Positions 27,050-41,400 of a DNA stretch of 60,000 nucleotides are shown here, in pieces. Where the stretch lies: assembly GCF_037042905.1 (NCBI RefSeq), contig NC_087250.1, forward strand, positions 6,016,001 through 6,076,000, written 5' to 3'. The notes beneath the pieces were generated by a model. The model was not told the origin of the DNA and searched no databases. It saw nothing but the letters and a program-made list of their open reading frames with translations. Source of the DNA: Lytechinus pictus. Lineage: Eukaryota. Both the position numbers and the translations under genes were made by a program. The first letter of the stretch is position 1. Every line of letters starts with the position of its first letter.

Positions 27050-27652
27050 AGGACAAGTCCACCCCAACAAAAAGTTGATTTGAACAAATAGAGAAAAATC
27101 CAAACAGCATAACACTGAAAATTTGATCAAAAACGGATGTAAAATAGGAAAGTTATTACATTTTAAAGTTTTGCTAAATTTCACAAAACAGTTACTGTTA
27201 TATGCACATCCTAGTCGGTATGCAAATGAGGGGACTGATGACGTCACTCACTCACTATTTCTTTTGTATTCTATTATATGAAATATCTTAATATTCTCTT
27301 CATTGGAAGGTGATATAAGTTTTCTTCCTCCATGAACATGGGGAATTACAATTGTTCTCACATTTTATGGCTCAGTAGAACTGGTCCTTAATTGTCAAAT
27401 CTGTAAAAATGGAAATATTGTATTATTCAAACAATAAAAAACAAAAGAAATAGTGAGTGGAGGACATCACTGACTCTATCATTTGCGTGTTGCCGAGTTG
27501 TGCATATAACTGTTTTGTGAAAAATAAGCGAAACTTTAAAATGTCATAACTTTCTTATTTTACATTCGATTTTGATGAAATTTTCAGCGTTATTCTTGTT
27601 TGATTTTTCTCTATTGATTCAAATCAACATTTTTCTTGGGTGGACTTGACCT
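27050..27652. mobile_element. Kolobok-like palindromic MITE (TTAA target, AGG...CCT ends)
   Basis: Reads ttaa|aggacaagtccaccccaac ... ttgggtggacttgacct|ttta. Long imperfect inverted arms of ~200 bp. Confidence 0.88.
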
Positions 27653-28436
27653 TTTACGGCAATGATTTGTCACTGTCATCAGTTACTCATCGCAGGCCTA
27701 GATCTACTCTTAATTTTCAATATTAAATACACCTATGTTTTTTTTACAAATTATCCCCCGCTTTCCCCAAAATGCTATGATAGTATAACCAGTGCTTCTC
27801 AACCTTTCTTTACTCGAGGACCACTTTGACTCTCAGATTTTTTTCGAGACCCACCTACCAAACTTTTTTTTAAGGATATGACTACTTTTCTCGACTCAAA
27901 GATCTTGCATATTATTATTAAATTGGAAATATTATCTTCTGTATCAAGTGTATATTTTTTATATTTGGTTTATTTGAATATTGATGTCATTTATATTGTC
28001 TGATGTTATGTTGTATATATTGTTATTATTGCATTGTAACATTTGTTGGAAAAATGAATAAATAAATGAATGAATGAATGAATGAAATGAAAGATTGTCT
28101 CGACAATTATAAAGAGCACATTAGTGTGTAACTTTATGATCTTCTGCTGCAGTGGCGTAATGAGCCAAAACATTGAAGGGGCTTGATATGGCGTATTGCG
28201 TACAATTAATAAAATGTTGAGAACGAGCATGGCGAGCATGCACAAATTTCGAAATTTTTATTACAAAAATTTAGGTTTGTGATAGATTTTGACACCATAT
28301 CAAAAGAATACATCGTATTTCACCCTTATCCCTTTTCTTTTCTTTTCTTTTTTTTTCCTTGGTCATGAAATATCTGTACCCAAGTGTTCTGCAGTGAATT
28401 AAATCCAGCCCATTTCTCTCGAAACTCTCTTGTGGC

Positions 28437-30190
28437 TTGAAATGGCTGCCAAATAAAAAATGTAGCACTTTGGGGAAAAAGACTTACATATATGGAAAGC
28501 CAATAAAGTCAACTTTCAAATGACACCAAAAAGTTGGAAAACTATTCATGCTTGAGCGAGCACTGCCCACTGAAACAAAGGGTATGAAAATTAGGGTGGG
28601 CTGGAATTAGCCTTCCGATTTATGTAAGTTTTTGAGAGGCAAATCCTTTCGAACTTGCAAAGTTAAGGGCGATGTGATAAATTAATGATCAACCATGACC
28701 AGTTTTGGTTGCTTAAGCAAATTTTATAAATTATTAAATTAAACTTTAATGCATGAGTGAACACAAGTTACACTTTTTGGGGAGCATTTAAACTTTATCA
28801 TTTGGATCTCTTTTTGGGCAGCATTTCAAATTTATCATGTGGATCTCAGCAATGTGTTCATGGGCGTCGGGAGAATAGGGGGTGAGATAGGACTTAAGTC
28901 AGAGAAGTAGGTTGATGGAATAAGGGTCAACAGAACATTCAGCCCCCGCCCCCTCCCTCTCTCCCGCCCTCCCTCCTGTTGAGAGACTGATGGCTATTGT
29001 CATGTACGCGTGAAGTCCAGAGCAGAATGTTGATTTAATGATTAATTCTGAATTGGGACATCAACTTTTTCCTATCAATCATTTAATCAACAATTTATCA
29101 GTAAATCAACTTATTCAATGTGCAATGTGATCAATCAAACATTCAGTTTTTTTTTCAATTAATTATTTCATTAATCATCATAATCATTAAATTTCTTGGT
29201 AATCATTGAAAAAAAAACTGACCATCAGCCACCGGTCACTTGGCAGTTAAGTTTTGAATAGGCTACAAATGATGCAGGAAGTGAGACAGAGAGAGGGGGG
29301 GCTGGGAAATGGAGGTGGAGAGGGGAGGGTACATATGACTTTTAAATTGTAAAAGGAAAAAAAAGAAGAGGAATGCCCTTTTAACCAAGTCTTTGCATAT
29401 CTCGCCCTCTTGCTTGTAACGGGTACCATCACATTACTCTGACCCTCACGAACACACTTCTGAGGTTCACAAGATGAATATGCAACAATAAAATTACAAT
29501 TCCTGTTCACTCATGCATTAAATTTCAATTTAGTAACTCATGAAATTTGCCTAAGAAACCAAAACTTATCTCACTCATTAATTTAGCTTAACAAGTTCCA
29601 AAGGACTAACCACTCAAAAAAACTGTAAGGCTAATTCCTGCCCATCCTACTTTAGCTGAGCTTAGTCTCTCAGGAGGAGATAAGCGGGGGGGTGAGATTG
29701 AGAGAGGGGTTGCTAAATGTTCTGTTGACCTTTATCCCATCAACGTACTTCACCTACCTAAGTCATATTACCCCCTCTTCTCCTGACTGTCGTGAACACA
29801 TTGTTGAGACCCACATGATAAGACAAAATGCTGCACCCAATTCATGATCACTCATGCATTAAATTTCAATTTAATAACGCATTAAATTTTCACAAACAAC
29901 AAACTGATCACAACTGATCATTAATTCACCAAATAACCATCAACTTTGCAAGTACCAAACAAAAAAAACTGAAAGAAATTGGAAGGCTAATTCCAGCCCA
30001 CCCTAATTTTCATACCCTTTGTTTCAGTGGGCAGTGCTCGCTCAAGCATGAATAGTTTTCCAACTTTTTGGTGTCATTTGAAAGTTGACTTTATAGGCTT
30101 TCCATATCTATAAGTCTTTTCCCCCAAAGTGGTACATTTTTTTATTTGGCAGCCATTTCAAAAGTGTATAGTTTTTTTTGGGACGCACTG
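28437..30190. mobile_element. Tc1/mariner-like non-autonomous element with ~500-bp inverted arms; left tip lost
   Basis: 28437-28620 is near-identical to the reverse complement of 29977-30161, with further inverted similarity between 28835-28945 and 29710-29820. Right end gggacgcactg followed by ta. Confidence 0.82.
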
Positions 30191-30213
30191 TACTTCAGCA
30201 CATTCGACACACA

Positions 30214-30874
30214 CCCGGGGGGGGGGGGCACTTACATTGACGAGTGGATACCATGCGCGACCAAAAAACACGTAAAAAGGATGTCTTTTTCAAGATAGGG
30301 CACGTTACGTACGTAACGTGAAAATGGCGTCAAAAACACACACACAAAAAGGGTATCTATTTCGCTCGGAAAAATATACGTGTTTAGGGTCAAATATGCG
30401 GGGATGATAAAACCAAATCAAAATGTTTTATAAAGGATGTCATTTTTGCCGTCTTTTTGCCCCAATACTACGTGTTTAGAGTCCGATTTGCGCGAGGTGT
30501 GGAAGGTGGGGCCGTACTAAACCAAAATAATGGTGTCTAAAGGTAAAACCGACGACTGACGGACGCGTGACATAACAATAAAATATCTCTGTACTTGTTA
30601 AGGGGTTCATTTCAGGGAATACTTGCTAAGAGGATCGTTTTGTTTCCAATACTTGTTAAGGGGCGGGTTAAGGGGTCCATTTTCAGAATATGGAAAATAC
30701 ACCGCTGTACTTGTTTAGGGGCTCACTTCTGGGAATACTTGCCTATAGTATTTGTTTACAATACTTGTTAAGGGGTGTATTTTCAACATATGGAAAATAC
30801 GTGTTTAGTGTGCTTTTCAAGACCCCTTGGTCGCGCATGGTATCCACTCGTCAATGGAAGTGCCCCCCCCCGGG
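30214..30874. mobile_element. MITE, same family as 10303-10853, 8-bp TSD
   Basis: Same TIRs and body. TSD gacacaca at 30206-30213 and 30875-30882. Confidence 0.93.
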
Positions 30875-30977
30875 GACACACATTGCTTTTGGTTTTACAT
30901 CACTGCGCAGTAATAATAAATCGAAATTTAATGTATTCATGGTCATATTTTTCTTTCAGTTACCTTCTGAGACTTTT

Positions 30978-31877
30978 CACGTGCCCCCCCAATCGGCTGA
31001 CCAAAAAAAAAAAAAAAAAAAAAAAAACGGGGAAAAGGAGAAAAAGAGGGAGAAAGGAAGAGGAACGTAGTGGGAAAGAAGAAATTATTATTCATTATAA
31101 TTGTATATTGTATTATAATCATGTTATGTTATGTTATTCTACATAGGAAACATTTTCATCATAACTTTATGAAACATAATTTGCTCAGGGTCCATGTCTT
31201 CATTGTTCCTGGTGCTCGCATTGTCTGTTTAAAGAGATATATAAACCTGTTGTACGAAAACCTCCCGTTTTCAAGTCAATATACACCAAATATATTATTG
31301 TTTTAAGTAGTGACATAGTTCTTTTTCATGACTACTTAAAGTGATTGCCCCATGTTCAGGTCTTAATATAAAACATTTCCTGTGCGTGATTACGTTCGCT
31401 TCAATGGATTGGTGAGATATGTCTGCTCTCCATGAATTCCTAAAATCAGTCCTTGAAATGTCCCTTTTTCTGATCTAAATATCAAAAATTTTCAGCTCGC
31501 GCTTCGCGCTCGCATCATTTGGTTAGTGAAATACGTATGGTCTTATTGAATTCCTACAGACTGCCCCGCTTCAGGTCTGAATTATCTAAATTTTCAGCTC
31601 GCGCTTCGCGCTCGCAATATTTGATTAGTGAGATGCGTATGATAGTCATGATTACATTGACTACAACAAGTGCTTCATGACATTGTGTTCAGATTTAATT
31701 CTAACAAAATCATGCAGCAAGCGCTTGGCATTCGCATTACATGACTATTATAGTGATATATGTATACTCTTTAAAATGTATATTCCTTTAAAAAAATCCT
31801 GTTTTGGGTCAATATATACACAAATTTCAGCACGTGCTTCGCGCTCGCATCATTTGGTTATTGAAATACGTATGGTT
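30978..31877. mobile_element. Truncated copy of the 22522-23947 hAT-like element
   Basis: Collinear with 22560-23450 (cacgtgccccccaat...aaggagaaaaagagggag...). Both TIRs are missing; it abuts the tandem array. Confidence 0.85.
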
Positions 31878-34407
31878 TCTGAAAAGGTATACATGTAGTT
31901 TGTAGTGACTCATGAAGAGAAGATTCTGAGCGCGAGATGAAAATTTTAAATACTGATTTAAAAGGTGACCTGTTAACATGGTTAATGACGGTTTCCAGTG
32001 ACTCATGAACATTATATACGTGTCACCAATCATATAATGCGGGCGCGAAAAAAGTTTTTAAAAGTTCAAACATTTTGATTTTTCGACTTGTAAACTGGAA
32101 ATATCTGGAACTTTTAACCATGTACAAAATAGTAAAATAGGTATCTAACTAAACAACTGATGCGAAAAACGAGCTGAAAATTTTCATTTTCCGACTAGAA
32201 AAGTTGATGTTCTATGAGGAGGCCTACTTAATTTGTAACCATGAAGACAATAGGTATCTTATCAAACGATTGAAATGAAGCGTGATTTTTTTTTTTTTTT
32301 TTACGACCTGACAAGTAAATATTCTGAGCACTTTTGACAGGATTGACACCCAAATAACAACTTGCCAATATCGGGACTAATAAGTGCACTTTAATCAGTG
32401 TTTACATTTTCAGCAAATAGCTGTGACTAAAAACTATTTAACGTCTAATCATTCTTCCGAGCGTTTCTACGTCAATACAAACTAAATAAATAGAGCTTAA
32501 ACTCTTCGCGAAACGGATTCAACACGATTTTTTTTTCTCGGAAAGGTATGATTGTCTTGTCACTGGTTTCTATGGAAACTGGCCAAATATCCGTTTTGCT
32601 AAACCTTGATTTAGATTGGCCACTGGGCCATATTACCATAGACATTTCTTTAATGGCAAAGTTGTCTTAATCATACAGTTTTGATAATGAAAAATGCTTG
32701 AGCTCTATAAACCAATATTTGTAGGATCAACTGAAAATAAATTAATCAGAAGCAGTCGAAAATAAACCCCTGGGCTTACTTAATGCCCCAGTTACACCAA
32801 TAAAACAGACGCGAAACATAAGAAAGCTCTTGCGATATGTTTATGACATACTTTGGTCAATTTGAGGGTCCGCCAATAGTGTGACTACAGCATAAATCAA
32901 TAAATCAAAGTATGAAGTCTATCGCTTATCTTGAAAGTCTGAGAGTCGAACGCGTTGATAAGAAATTCGATAGACAAATACTTATGTCGAAAATAACCGT
33001 CCAAAGTCAGTTCTTAACTGTTAAGAACATGATCTTGCCGACAAACTTTACGTATAGGTCTATTGTGTTATCTTCATTGCCTTCATTGCCGACTTACCAT
33101 AGCTCATCACATGTTGTGCTTCTCATTCACATACATGTAAGCCTATTTGGTAAAAAGACCCTATAAATATACCTGAACCATGAAGTATAGATCAATATAT
33201 CGATATCGCACAACATAACTACCCTTAGGTTACCCGAAATCGTAACCCTCAGGATATGTCTTTACTAAAATGATAGAAATAGAAAATTTGTACTAAAATA
33301 AAGAAGAAAAAAGGCACGTCAATTCCTACAGCAGAGTCTCGAGAACACCTGTAATCTTATTGCACTTTGTAATCTTACATGTAGATGTTTTTTATGTAAA
33401 ATTACAGAAAATCGGTATTCCGTGTATGTTTATTGTAATACAACTGTTTTCGCCCCTTTTTTAAAATTTTAGAAAATTGTATACAAAACTTTATTGTTAT
33501 AACAATTTACAGAATGATTTGGTTATTTCTTTCTGTAAAATCTTCTGTTCTTTTTAATAGTTTATGAATTCGCTGCCCTCGATGTCGAAGACAAAAATAT
33601 TGATGAAGTATTTTAATTTTAAGCCTAAACCACCCCTCATTTAAGGCAAACTTCGACGAAACAGACCTCCACTAACACTTTTTCTTTCTCAGGGCAGCGT
33701 TTCATCAACATTTTTGTCTGACAAGTAGTCCGATCTGACAACACTCCTTGATTGTGATTGGCCGAGATACATTGTTACTATGGTTACTGTCGGATGAAAT
33801 GAGACTTCTTGTACAAATCGTCCGACAAGCATGACAATTATATCCTTCCCTGAGATGCTTCCCTCGAATGAGAGGGCAGGGGGGGGGAGAAAATAATGTG
33901 GGGCCGGGGCAAAATGAGATAAATCCTCAATGCCGTTTTTCCCCTTCATTAACAAAATAATATTGGGGGCAATGGTTACAAGAACGGGGGTCGGGATGCC
34001 CTTGCCCCTATACCCCTGTGCCACAACTAATCGAGTCGTTGGCTTAAAATATAGAAATAAACCCTCTCCGGTCTATACGGATAATAATATGAGGTCTGTA
34101 GCTTGGAGCTGCATGCAGTGGATTCAATACACTGATCTGAAAAGGTATAGTTTGTAGTGACTCATGAAGAAGAGAAGATTCTGAGCGCGAGCTGAAAATT
34201 TTAAAATATACTGATTTAAAAAGTGACCTGTTAACAAGGTTAATGACGGTTTCCAGTGACTCATGAAAATTATGTACGTGTCACCAATCATAATAATGCG
34301 GGCGCGAAAAAGTTTTTAAAAGTTCAAAAATTTTGATTTTTCGACTTGTAAACTGGAAATATATGGCAATTTTAACCATGTACAAAATAGTAAAATAGGT
34401 ATCTAAC

Positions 34408-34471
34408 CATAGAGCTATTAACCATAAACCTATAGCTCTAAGAAAAACCATAGAGCTATAATATCTCCATG
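34408..34471. mobile_element. 64-bp P-element-like micro-insertion (also 37390-37453, 40375-40438, 43330-43393)
   Basis: catagagcta...ctccatg flanked by atctaac and atcttac. Unit 1 has an empty site with a single atctaac at 32143-32149. Confidence 0.85.
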
Positions 34472-34832
34472 ATCTTACTAAACAACTGATGCGAAGAACG
34501 AGCTGAAAATTTTAATTTTCCGACTAGAAAAATTGATGTTCTATGTGGAGGCTTACTTAATTTGTAACCATGAAGACAATAGCTATCTGATCAAATGATT
34601 GAACTGAAGCGTGAAATTATTATTTTTTTTATTTTACGACCTGACAAGTAGATATTCTGAGCACTTTTGACAGAATTGATACCCAATTTACAACTTGCCA
34701 ATATGGGGACTAATACGGGCACTTAATCAGTGTTTTCTTTTTCAGCAAATAGCTGTGACTAAAAACTATTAAACGTCTAATCATTCTTCCGAGCGTTTCT
34801 ACGTCAATACAAACTAAATAGATAGCGCTTAA

Positions 34833-35423
34833 AGGGGAATGAAACCTTTGGAATAAGTAGACTTGTGTCGAAACAGAAAAATCAAAGAAACAGATCAACG
34901 AAGGTTTGAGAAAAATTGGACAAACAATGAGAAAGTTATGAGCATTTGAATATTGTAATCACTATTGCTATGGAGATCCTCCTATCGGCAACGCGACAAG
35001 GATGTGTGATGTCACATGTTACCAACTTTCCCTTTGAATGACTATATAGATTACCCCCAAAATGTCTCTTTTTGCTTTTTCTTATGGTGGTACAAACTCT
35101 TTATCCATGATGTATTCTTTAAAAAATCTCTATCACATGCCTTCCTACAGAAAGAACACATGATCTAGTACTGATAGATGTGATAAAAGAGGCAATTTAA
35201 ATGAAATATATACTAAAGTAATGGGGAGAGTTGTTCACAAGTGACATCACACATCTTTGTCGCATTGCCAATGTGAGGATCTCCATAGCATTAGTGATCG
35301 CAATATTCAAATGCTCATAACCTTCTCATTATTTGTCCGATTTTTCTAAAACTTTCGTTAATCTGTTTGCTTGATTTTTCTGTTTTCACACAAGCTATTT
35401 TGTTCCAAAGGTTTTATTCTCCT
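34833..35423. mobile_element. Kolobok-like palindromic MITE (also 37816-38405, 40800-41389, 43756-44346)
   Basis: Reads ttaa|aggggaatgaaacctttggaa ... ttccaaaggttttattctcct|ttta. Unit 1 has an empty single ttaa at 32497-32500. Confidence 0.92.
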
Positions 35424-38400
35424 TTTAGCTCTTCGTGAAACGGATTCAAGACGATTTTCTTTTCGCAGGAAAGGTATGATTGTCTTGTTACTGGTTTCTT
35501 AAGAAACTGGCCAAACATCCGTTTTGCTAAACCTTGATTTAGATTGGCCACTGGGCCATGTTACCATAATTATTTCTTTAATGGGAAAGTTGTCTTAATC
35601 GTAAAATTTTGATTATGAAAAAGGCTTAAGATCTATGAACCAATATTTGTAGGATCAACTGAAAATAAATTAATCAGAAACAGTCGAAAATAAACCCTAG
35701 GGCTTACTTAATGCCCCGATTACACCAATAAAACAGACGCGACACATAAGAAAGCTCTTGCGATATGTTTATGACATACTTTGGTCAATTTGAGGGTCCG
35801 CCAATAGTGTGACTACAGCAAAAATCAATAAATCAAAGTATGAAGTTTATCGCTTATCTTGAAAGTCTGAGAGTCGAACGCGTTGATAAGAAATTCGATA
35901 GACAAATACTTATGTCGAAAATAACCGTCCAAAGTCAGTTCTTAACTGTTAAGAACATGATCTTGCCGACAAACTTTACGTATAGGCCTATTGTGTTATC
36001 TTTATTGCCTTCATTTCCGACTTACCATAGCTAATCACATGTTGTGCTTCTCATTCACATACTGTACATGTAGGCCTATTTGGTAAAAAAGACACTATAA
36101 TTATACCTGAACCATCAAGTATAGGTCAACGCCTGAACAAATATAATTTACAGCGATATCGCACAACATAACTCCCCTTAGGTTACCCGAAATCGTAACT
36201 CTCAGGACATGTCTTTACTAAAATGATAGAAAGAGAAAAAATTGTACTAAAATAAAGAAGAAAAAAAGGCACGTCAATTCCTACAGCAGAGTCTCGAGAA
36301 CACCTGTAATCTTATTGCACTTTGTAATCTTACATGTAGATGTTTTTTTTATGTAAAATTACAGAAAATGGGTATTCCGTTTATGTTTTTTGTATTAAAC
36401 TGTTTTCGCCCCTCTTTTTTTAAATTTTAGAAAATTGTATCAACAAACTTATTGTTAAAACAATTTACAGAATGATTTGGTTATTTCTTTCTGTAAAATC
36501 TGTTGTTGTTTTTGTAAAATCTTCTGTTCTTTCTAACAGTTTATGAATTCGCTGCCCTCGATGTCGAAGACAAAAATATTGATGAAGTATTTTCATTTTA
36601 AGCCGAAACCACCCCTCATTTAAGGCAAACTTCGACGAAACAGACCTCCACTAACACTTTTTCTTTCTCAGGACAGCGTTTCATCAACATTTTTGTCTGA
36701 CAAGTAGTCCGATCTGACAACACTCCTTGATTGTGATTGGCCGAGATACATTGTTACTATGGTAAATGTCGGATGAAATGAGACTTCTTGTACAAATCGT
36801 CCGACAAGCATGACAATTAAGTCCTTCCCTGAGATGCTTCCCTCGAATGAGAGGGCAGGGGGGGGGGGAAGAAAATAATGTGGGGCCGGGGCAAAATGAG
36901 ATAAATCCTGAATGCCGTTTTTCCCCTTCATTAACAAAATAATATTGGGGGCAATGGTTACAAGAACGGGGGCCGGGATGCCCTTGCCCCTATACCCCTG
37001 TGCCACAACTAATCGAGTCGTTGGCTTAAAATAGAGAAATAAACCCTCTCCGGTCTATACGGATAATAATATGAGGTCTGTAGCTTGGAGCTGCATGCAG
37101 TGGATTCAATACACTGATCTGAAAAGGTATAGTTTGTAGTGACTCATGAAGAAGAGAAGATTCTGAGCGCGAGCTGAAAATTTTAAAATATACTGATTTA
37201 AAAAGTGACCTGTTAACAAGGTTAATGACGGTTTCCAGTGACTCATGAAAATTATGTACGTGTCACCAATCATAATAATGCGGGTGCGAAAAAGTTTTTA
37301 AAAGTTCAAAAATTTTGATTTTTCGACTTGTAGACTTGAAATATCTGGCAACTTTAACCATGTACAAAATAGTAAAATAGGTATCTAACCATAGAGCTAT
37401 TAACCATAAACCTATAGCTCTTAGAAAAACCATAGAGCTATAATAGCTCCATGATCTTACTAAACAACTGATGCGAAGAACGAGCTGAAAATTTTAATTT
37501 TCCGACTAGAAAAGTTTATGTTCTATGTGGAGGCTTACTTAATTTGTAACCATGACGACAATAGCTATCTGATCAAACGATTGAACTGAAGCGTGAAATT
37601 ATTATTATTTTTTTTTTTACGACCTGACAAGTAGATATTCTGAGCACTTTTGACAAGATTGATACCCAATTTACAACTTGCCAATATGGGGACTAATACG
37701 GGCACTTAATCAGTGTTTTCTTTTTCAGCAAATAGCTGTGACTAAAAACTATTAAACGTCTAATCATTCTTCCGAGCGTTTCTACGTCAATACAAACTAA
37801 ATAGATAGCGCTTAAAGGGGAATGAAACCTTTGGAATAAGTAGACTTGTGTCGAAACATAAAAATCAAAGAAACAGATCAACGAAAGTTTGAGAAAAATT
37901 GGACAAACAATGAGAAAGTTATGAGCATTTGAATATTGTAATCACTATTGCTATGGAGATCCTCCTATCGGCAATGCGACAAGGATGTGTGATGTCACAT
38001 GTGACCAACTTTCCCTTTGAATGACTATAGATTACTTCCAAAATGTCTCTTTTTGCTTTTTCTTATGGTGGTACAAACTCTTTATCCATGATGTATTCTT
38101 TAAAAAATCTCTATCACATGCCCTCCTAAAGAAAGAACACATGATCTAGTACTGATAGATGTGATAAAAGAGGCAATTTTAAATAAAATATATACTAAAG
38201 TAATGGGGAGAGTTGTTCACAAGTGACATCACACATCTTTGTCGCATTGCCAATGTGAGGATCTCCATAGCATTAGTGATCGCAATATTCAAATGCTCAT
38301 AACCTTCTCATTATTTGTCCGATTTTTCTAAAACTTTCGTTAATCTGTTTCCTTGATTTTTCTGTTTTCACACAAGCTATTTTGTTCCAAAGGTTTTATT

Positions 38401-41400
38401 CTCCTTTTAGCTCTTCGTGAAACGGATTCAAGACGATTTTCTTTTCGCGGGAAAGGTATGATTGTCTTGTCACTGGTTTCTAAAGAAACTGGCCAAACAT
38501 CCGTTTTGCTAAACCTTGATTTAGATTGGCCACTGGGCCATGTTACCATAATTATTTTTTTAAAGGGAAAGTTGTCTTAATCGTAAAATTTTGATTATGA
38601 AAAAGGCTTAAGATCTATAAACCAATATTTGTAGGATCAACTGAAAATAAATTAATCAGAAACAGTCGAAAATAAACCCTTGGGCTTACTTAATGCCCCG
38701 ATTACACCAATAAAACAGACGCGACACATAAGAAAGCTCTTGCGATATGTTTATGACATACTTTGGTCAATTTGAGGGACCGCCAATAGTGTGACTACAG
38801 CAAAAATCAATAAATCAAAGTATGAAGTTTATCGCTTATCTTGAAAGTCTGAGAGTCGAACGCGTTGATAAGAAATTCGATAGACAAATACTTATGTCGA
38901 AAATAACCGTCCAAAGTCAGTTCTTAACTGTTAAGAACATGATCTTGCCGACAAACTTTACGTATAGGCCTATTGTGTTATCTTCATTGCCTTCATTGCC
39001 GACTTACCATAGCTAATCACATGTTGTGCTTCTCATTCACACACTGTACATGTAGGCCCATTTGGTAAATCAGACCCTATAATTATACCTGAACCATCAA
39101 GTACAGGTCAACGCCTGAACTAATATAATTTACAGCGATATCGCACAACATAACTCCCCTTAGGTTACCCGAAATCGTAACTCTCAGGACATGTCTTTAC
39201 TAAAATGATAGAAAGAGAAAAAAATTGTACTAAAATAAAGAAGAAAAAAAGGCACGTCAATTCCTACAGCAGAGTCTCGAGAACACCTGTAATCTTATTG
39301 CACTTTGTAATCTTACATGTAGATGTTTTTTTTTATGTAAAATTACAGAAAATCGGTATTCCGTTTATGTTTATTGTATTAAACTGTTTTCGCCCCTCTT
39401 TTTTTAAATTTTAGAAAATTGTATCAACAAACTTATTGTTAAAACAATTTACAGAATGATTTGGTTATTTCTTTCTGTAAAATCTGTTGTTGTTTTTGTA
39501 AAATCTTCTGTTCTTTCTAACAGTTTATGAATTCGCTGCCCTCGATGTCGAAGACAAAAATATTGATGAAGTATTTTCATTTTAAGCCGAAACCACCCCT
39601 CATTTAAGGCAAACTTCGACGAAACAGACCTCCACTAACACTTTTTCTTTCTCAGGGCAGCGTTTCATCAACATTTTTGTCTGACAAGTAGTCCGATCTG
39701 ACAACACTCCTTGATTGTGATTGGCCGAGATACATTGTTACTATGGTAAATGTCGGATGAAATGAGACTTCTTGTACAAATCGTCCGACAAGCATGACAA
39801 TTAAGTCCTTCCCTGAGATGCTTCCCTCGAATGAGAGGGCAGGGGGGGGGGAAAGAAAATAATGTGGGGCCGGGGCAAAATGAGATAAATCCTGAATGCC
39901 GTTTTCCCCTTCATTAACAAAATAATATTGGGGGCAATGGTTACAAGAACGGGGGCCGGGATGCCCTTGCCCCTATACCCCTGTGCCACAACTAATCGAG
40001 TCGTTGGCTTAAAATAGAGAAATAAACCCTCTCCGGTCTATACGGATAATAATATGAGGTCTGTAGCTTGGAGCTGCATGCAGTGGATTCCATACACTGA
40101 TCTGAAAAGGTATAGTTTGTAGTGACTCATGAAGAAGAGAAGATTCTGAGCGCGAGCTGAAAATTTTAAAATATACTGATTTAAAAAGTGACCTGTTAAC
40201 AAGGTTAATGACGGTTTCCAGTGACTCATGAAAATTATGTACGTGTCACCAATCATAATAATGCGGGCGCGAAAAAAGTTTTTTAAAAGTTCAAAAATTT
40301 TGATTTTTCGACTTGTAGACTGGAAATATCTGGCAACTTTAACCATGTACAAAATAGTAAAATAGGTATCTAACCATAGAGCTATTAACCATAAACCTAT
40401 AGCTCTTAGAAAAACCATAGAGCTATAATAGCTCCATGATCTTACTAAACAACTGATGCGAAGAACGAGCTGAAAATTTTAATTTTCCGACTAGAAAAGT
40501 TTATGTTCTATGTGGAGGCTTACTTAATTTGTAACCATGAAGACAATAGCTATCTGATCAAACGATTGAACTGAAGCGTGAAATTATTATTATTTTTTTT
40601 TAAAGACCTGACAAGTAGATATTCTGAGCACTTTTGACAAGATTGATACCCAATTTACAACTTGCCAATATGGGGACTAATACGGGCACTTAATCAGTGT
40701 TTTCTTTTTCAGCAAATAGCTGTGACTAAAAACTATTAAACGTCTAATCATTCTTCCGAGCGTTTCTACGTCAATACAAACTAAATAGATAGCGCTTAAA
40801 GGGGAATGAAACCTTTGGAATAAGTAGACTTGTGTCGAAACATAAAAATCAAAGAAACAGATCAACGAAAGTTTGAGAAAAATTGGACAAACAATGAGAA
40901 AGTTATGAGCATTTGAATATTGTAATCACTATTGCTATGGAGATCCTCCTATCGGCAATGCGACAAGGATGTGTGATGTCACATGTGACCAACTTTCCCT
41001 TTGAATGACTATAGATTACTTCCAAAATGTCTCTTTTTGCTTTTTCTTATGGTGGTACAAACTCTTTATCCATGATGTATTCTTTAAAAAATCTCTATCA
41101 CATGCCCTCCTAAAGAAAGAACACATGATCTAGTACTGATAGATGTGATAAAAGAGGCAATTTTAAATAAAATATATACTAAAGTAATGGGGAGAGTTGT
41201 TCACAAGTGACATCACACATCTTTGTCGCATTGCCAATGTGAGGATCTCCATAGCATTAGTGATCGCAATATTCAAATGCTCATAACCTTCTCATTATTT
41301 GTCCGATTTTTCTAAAACTTTCGTTAATCTGTTTCCTTGATTTTTTTGTTTTCACACAAGCTATTTTGTTCCAAAGGTTTTATTCTCCTTTTAGCTCTTC

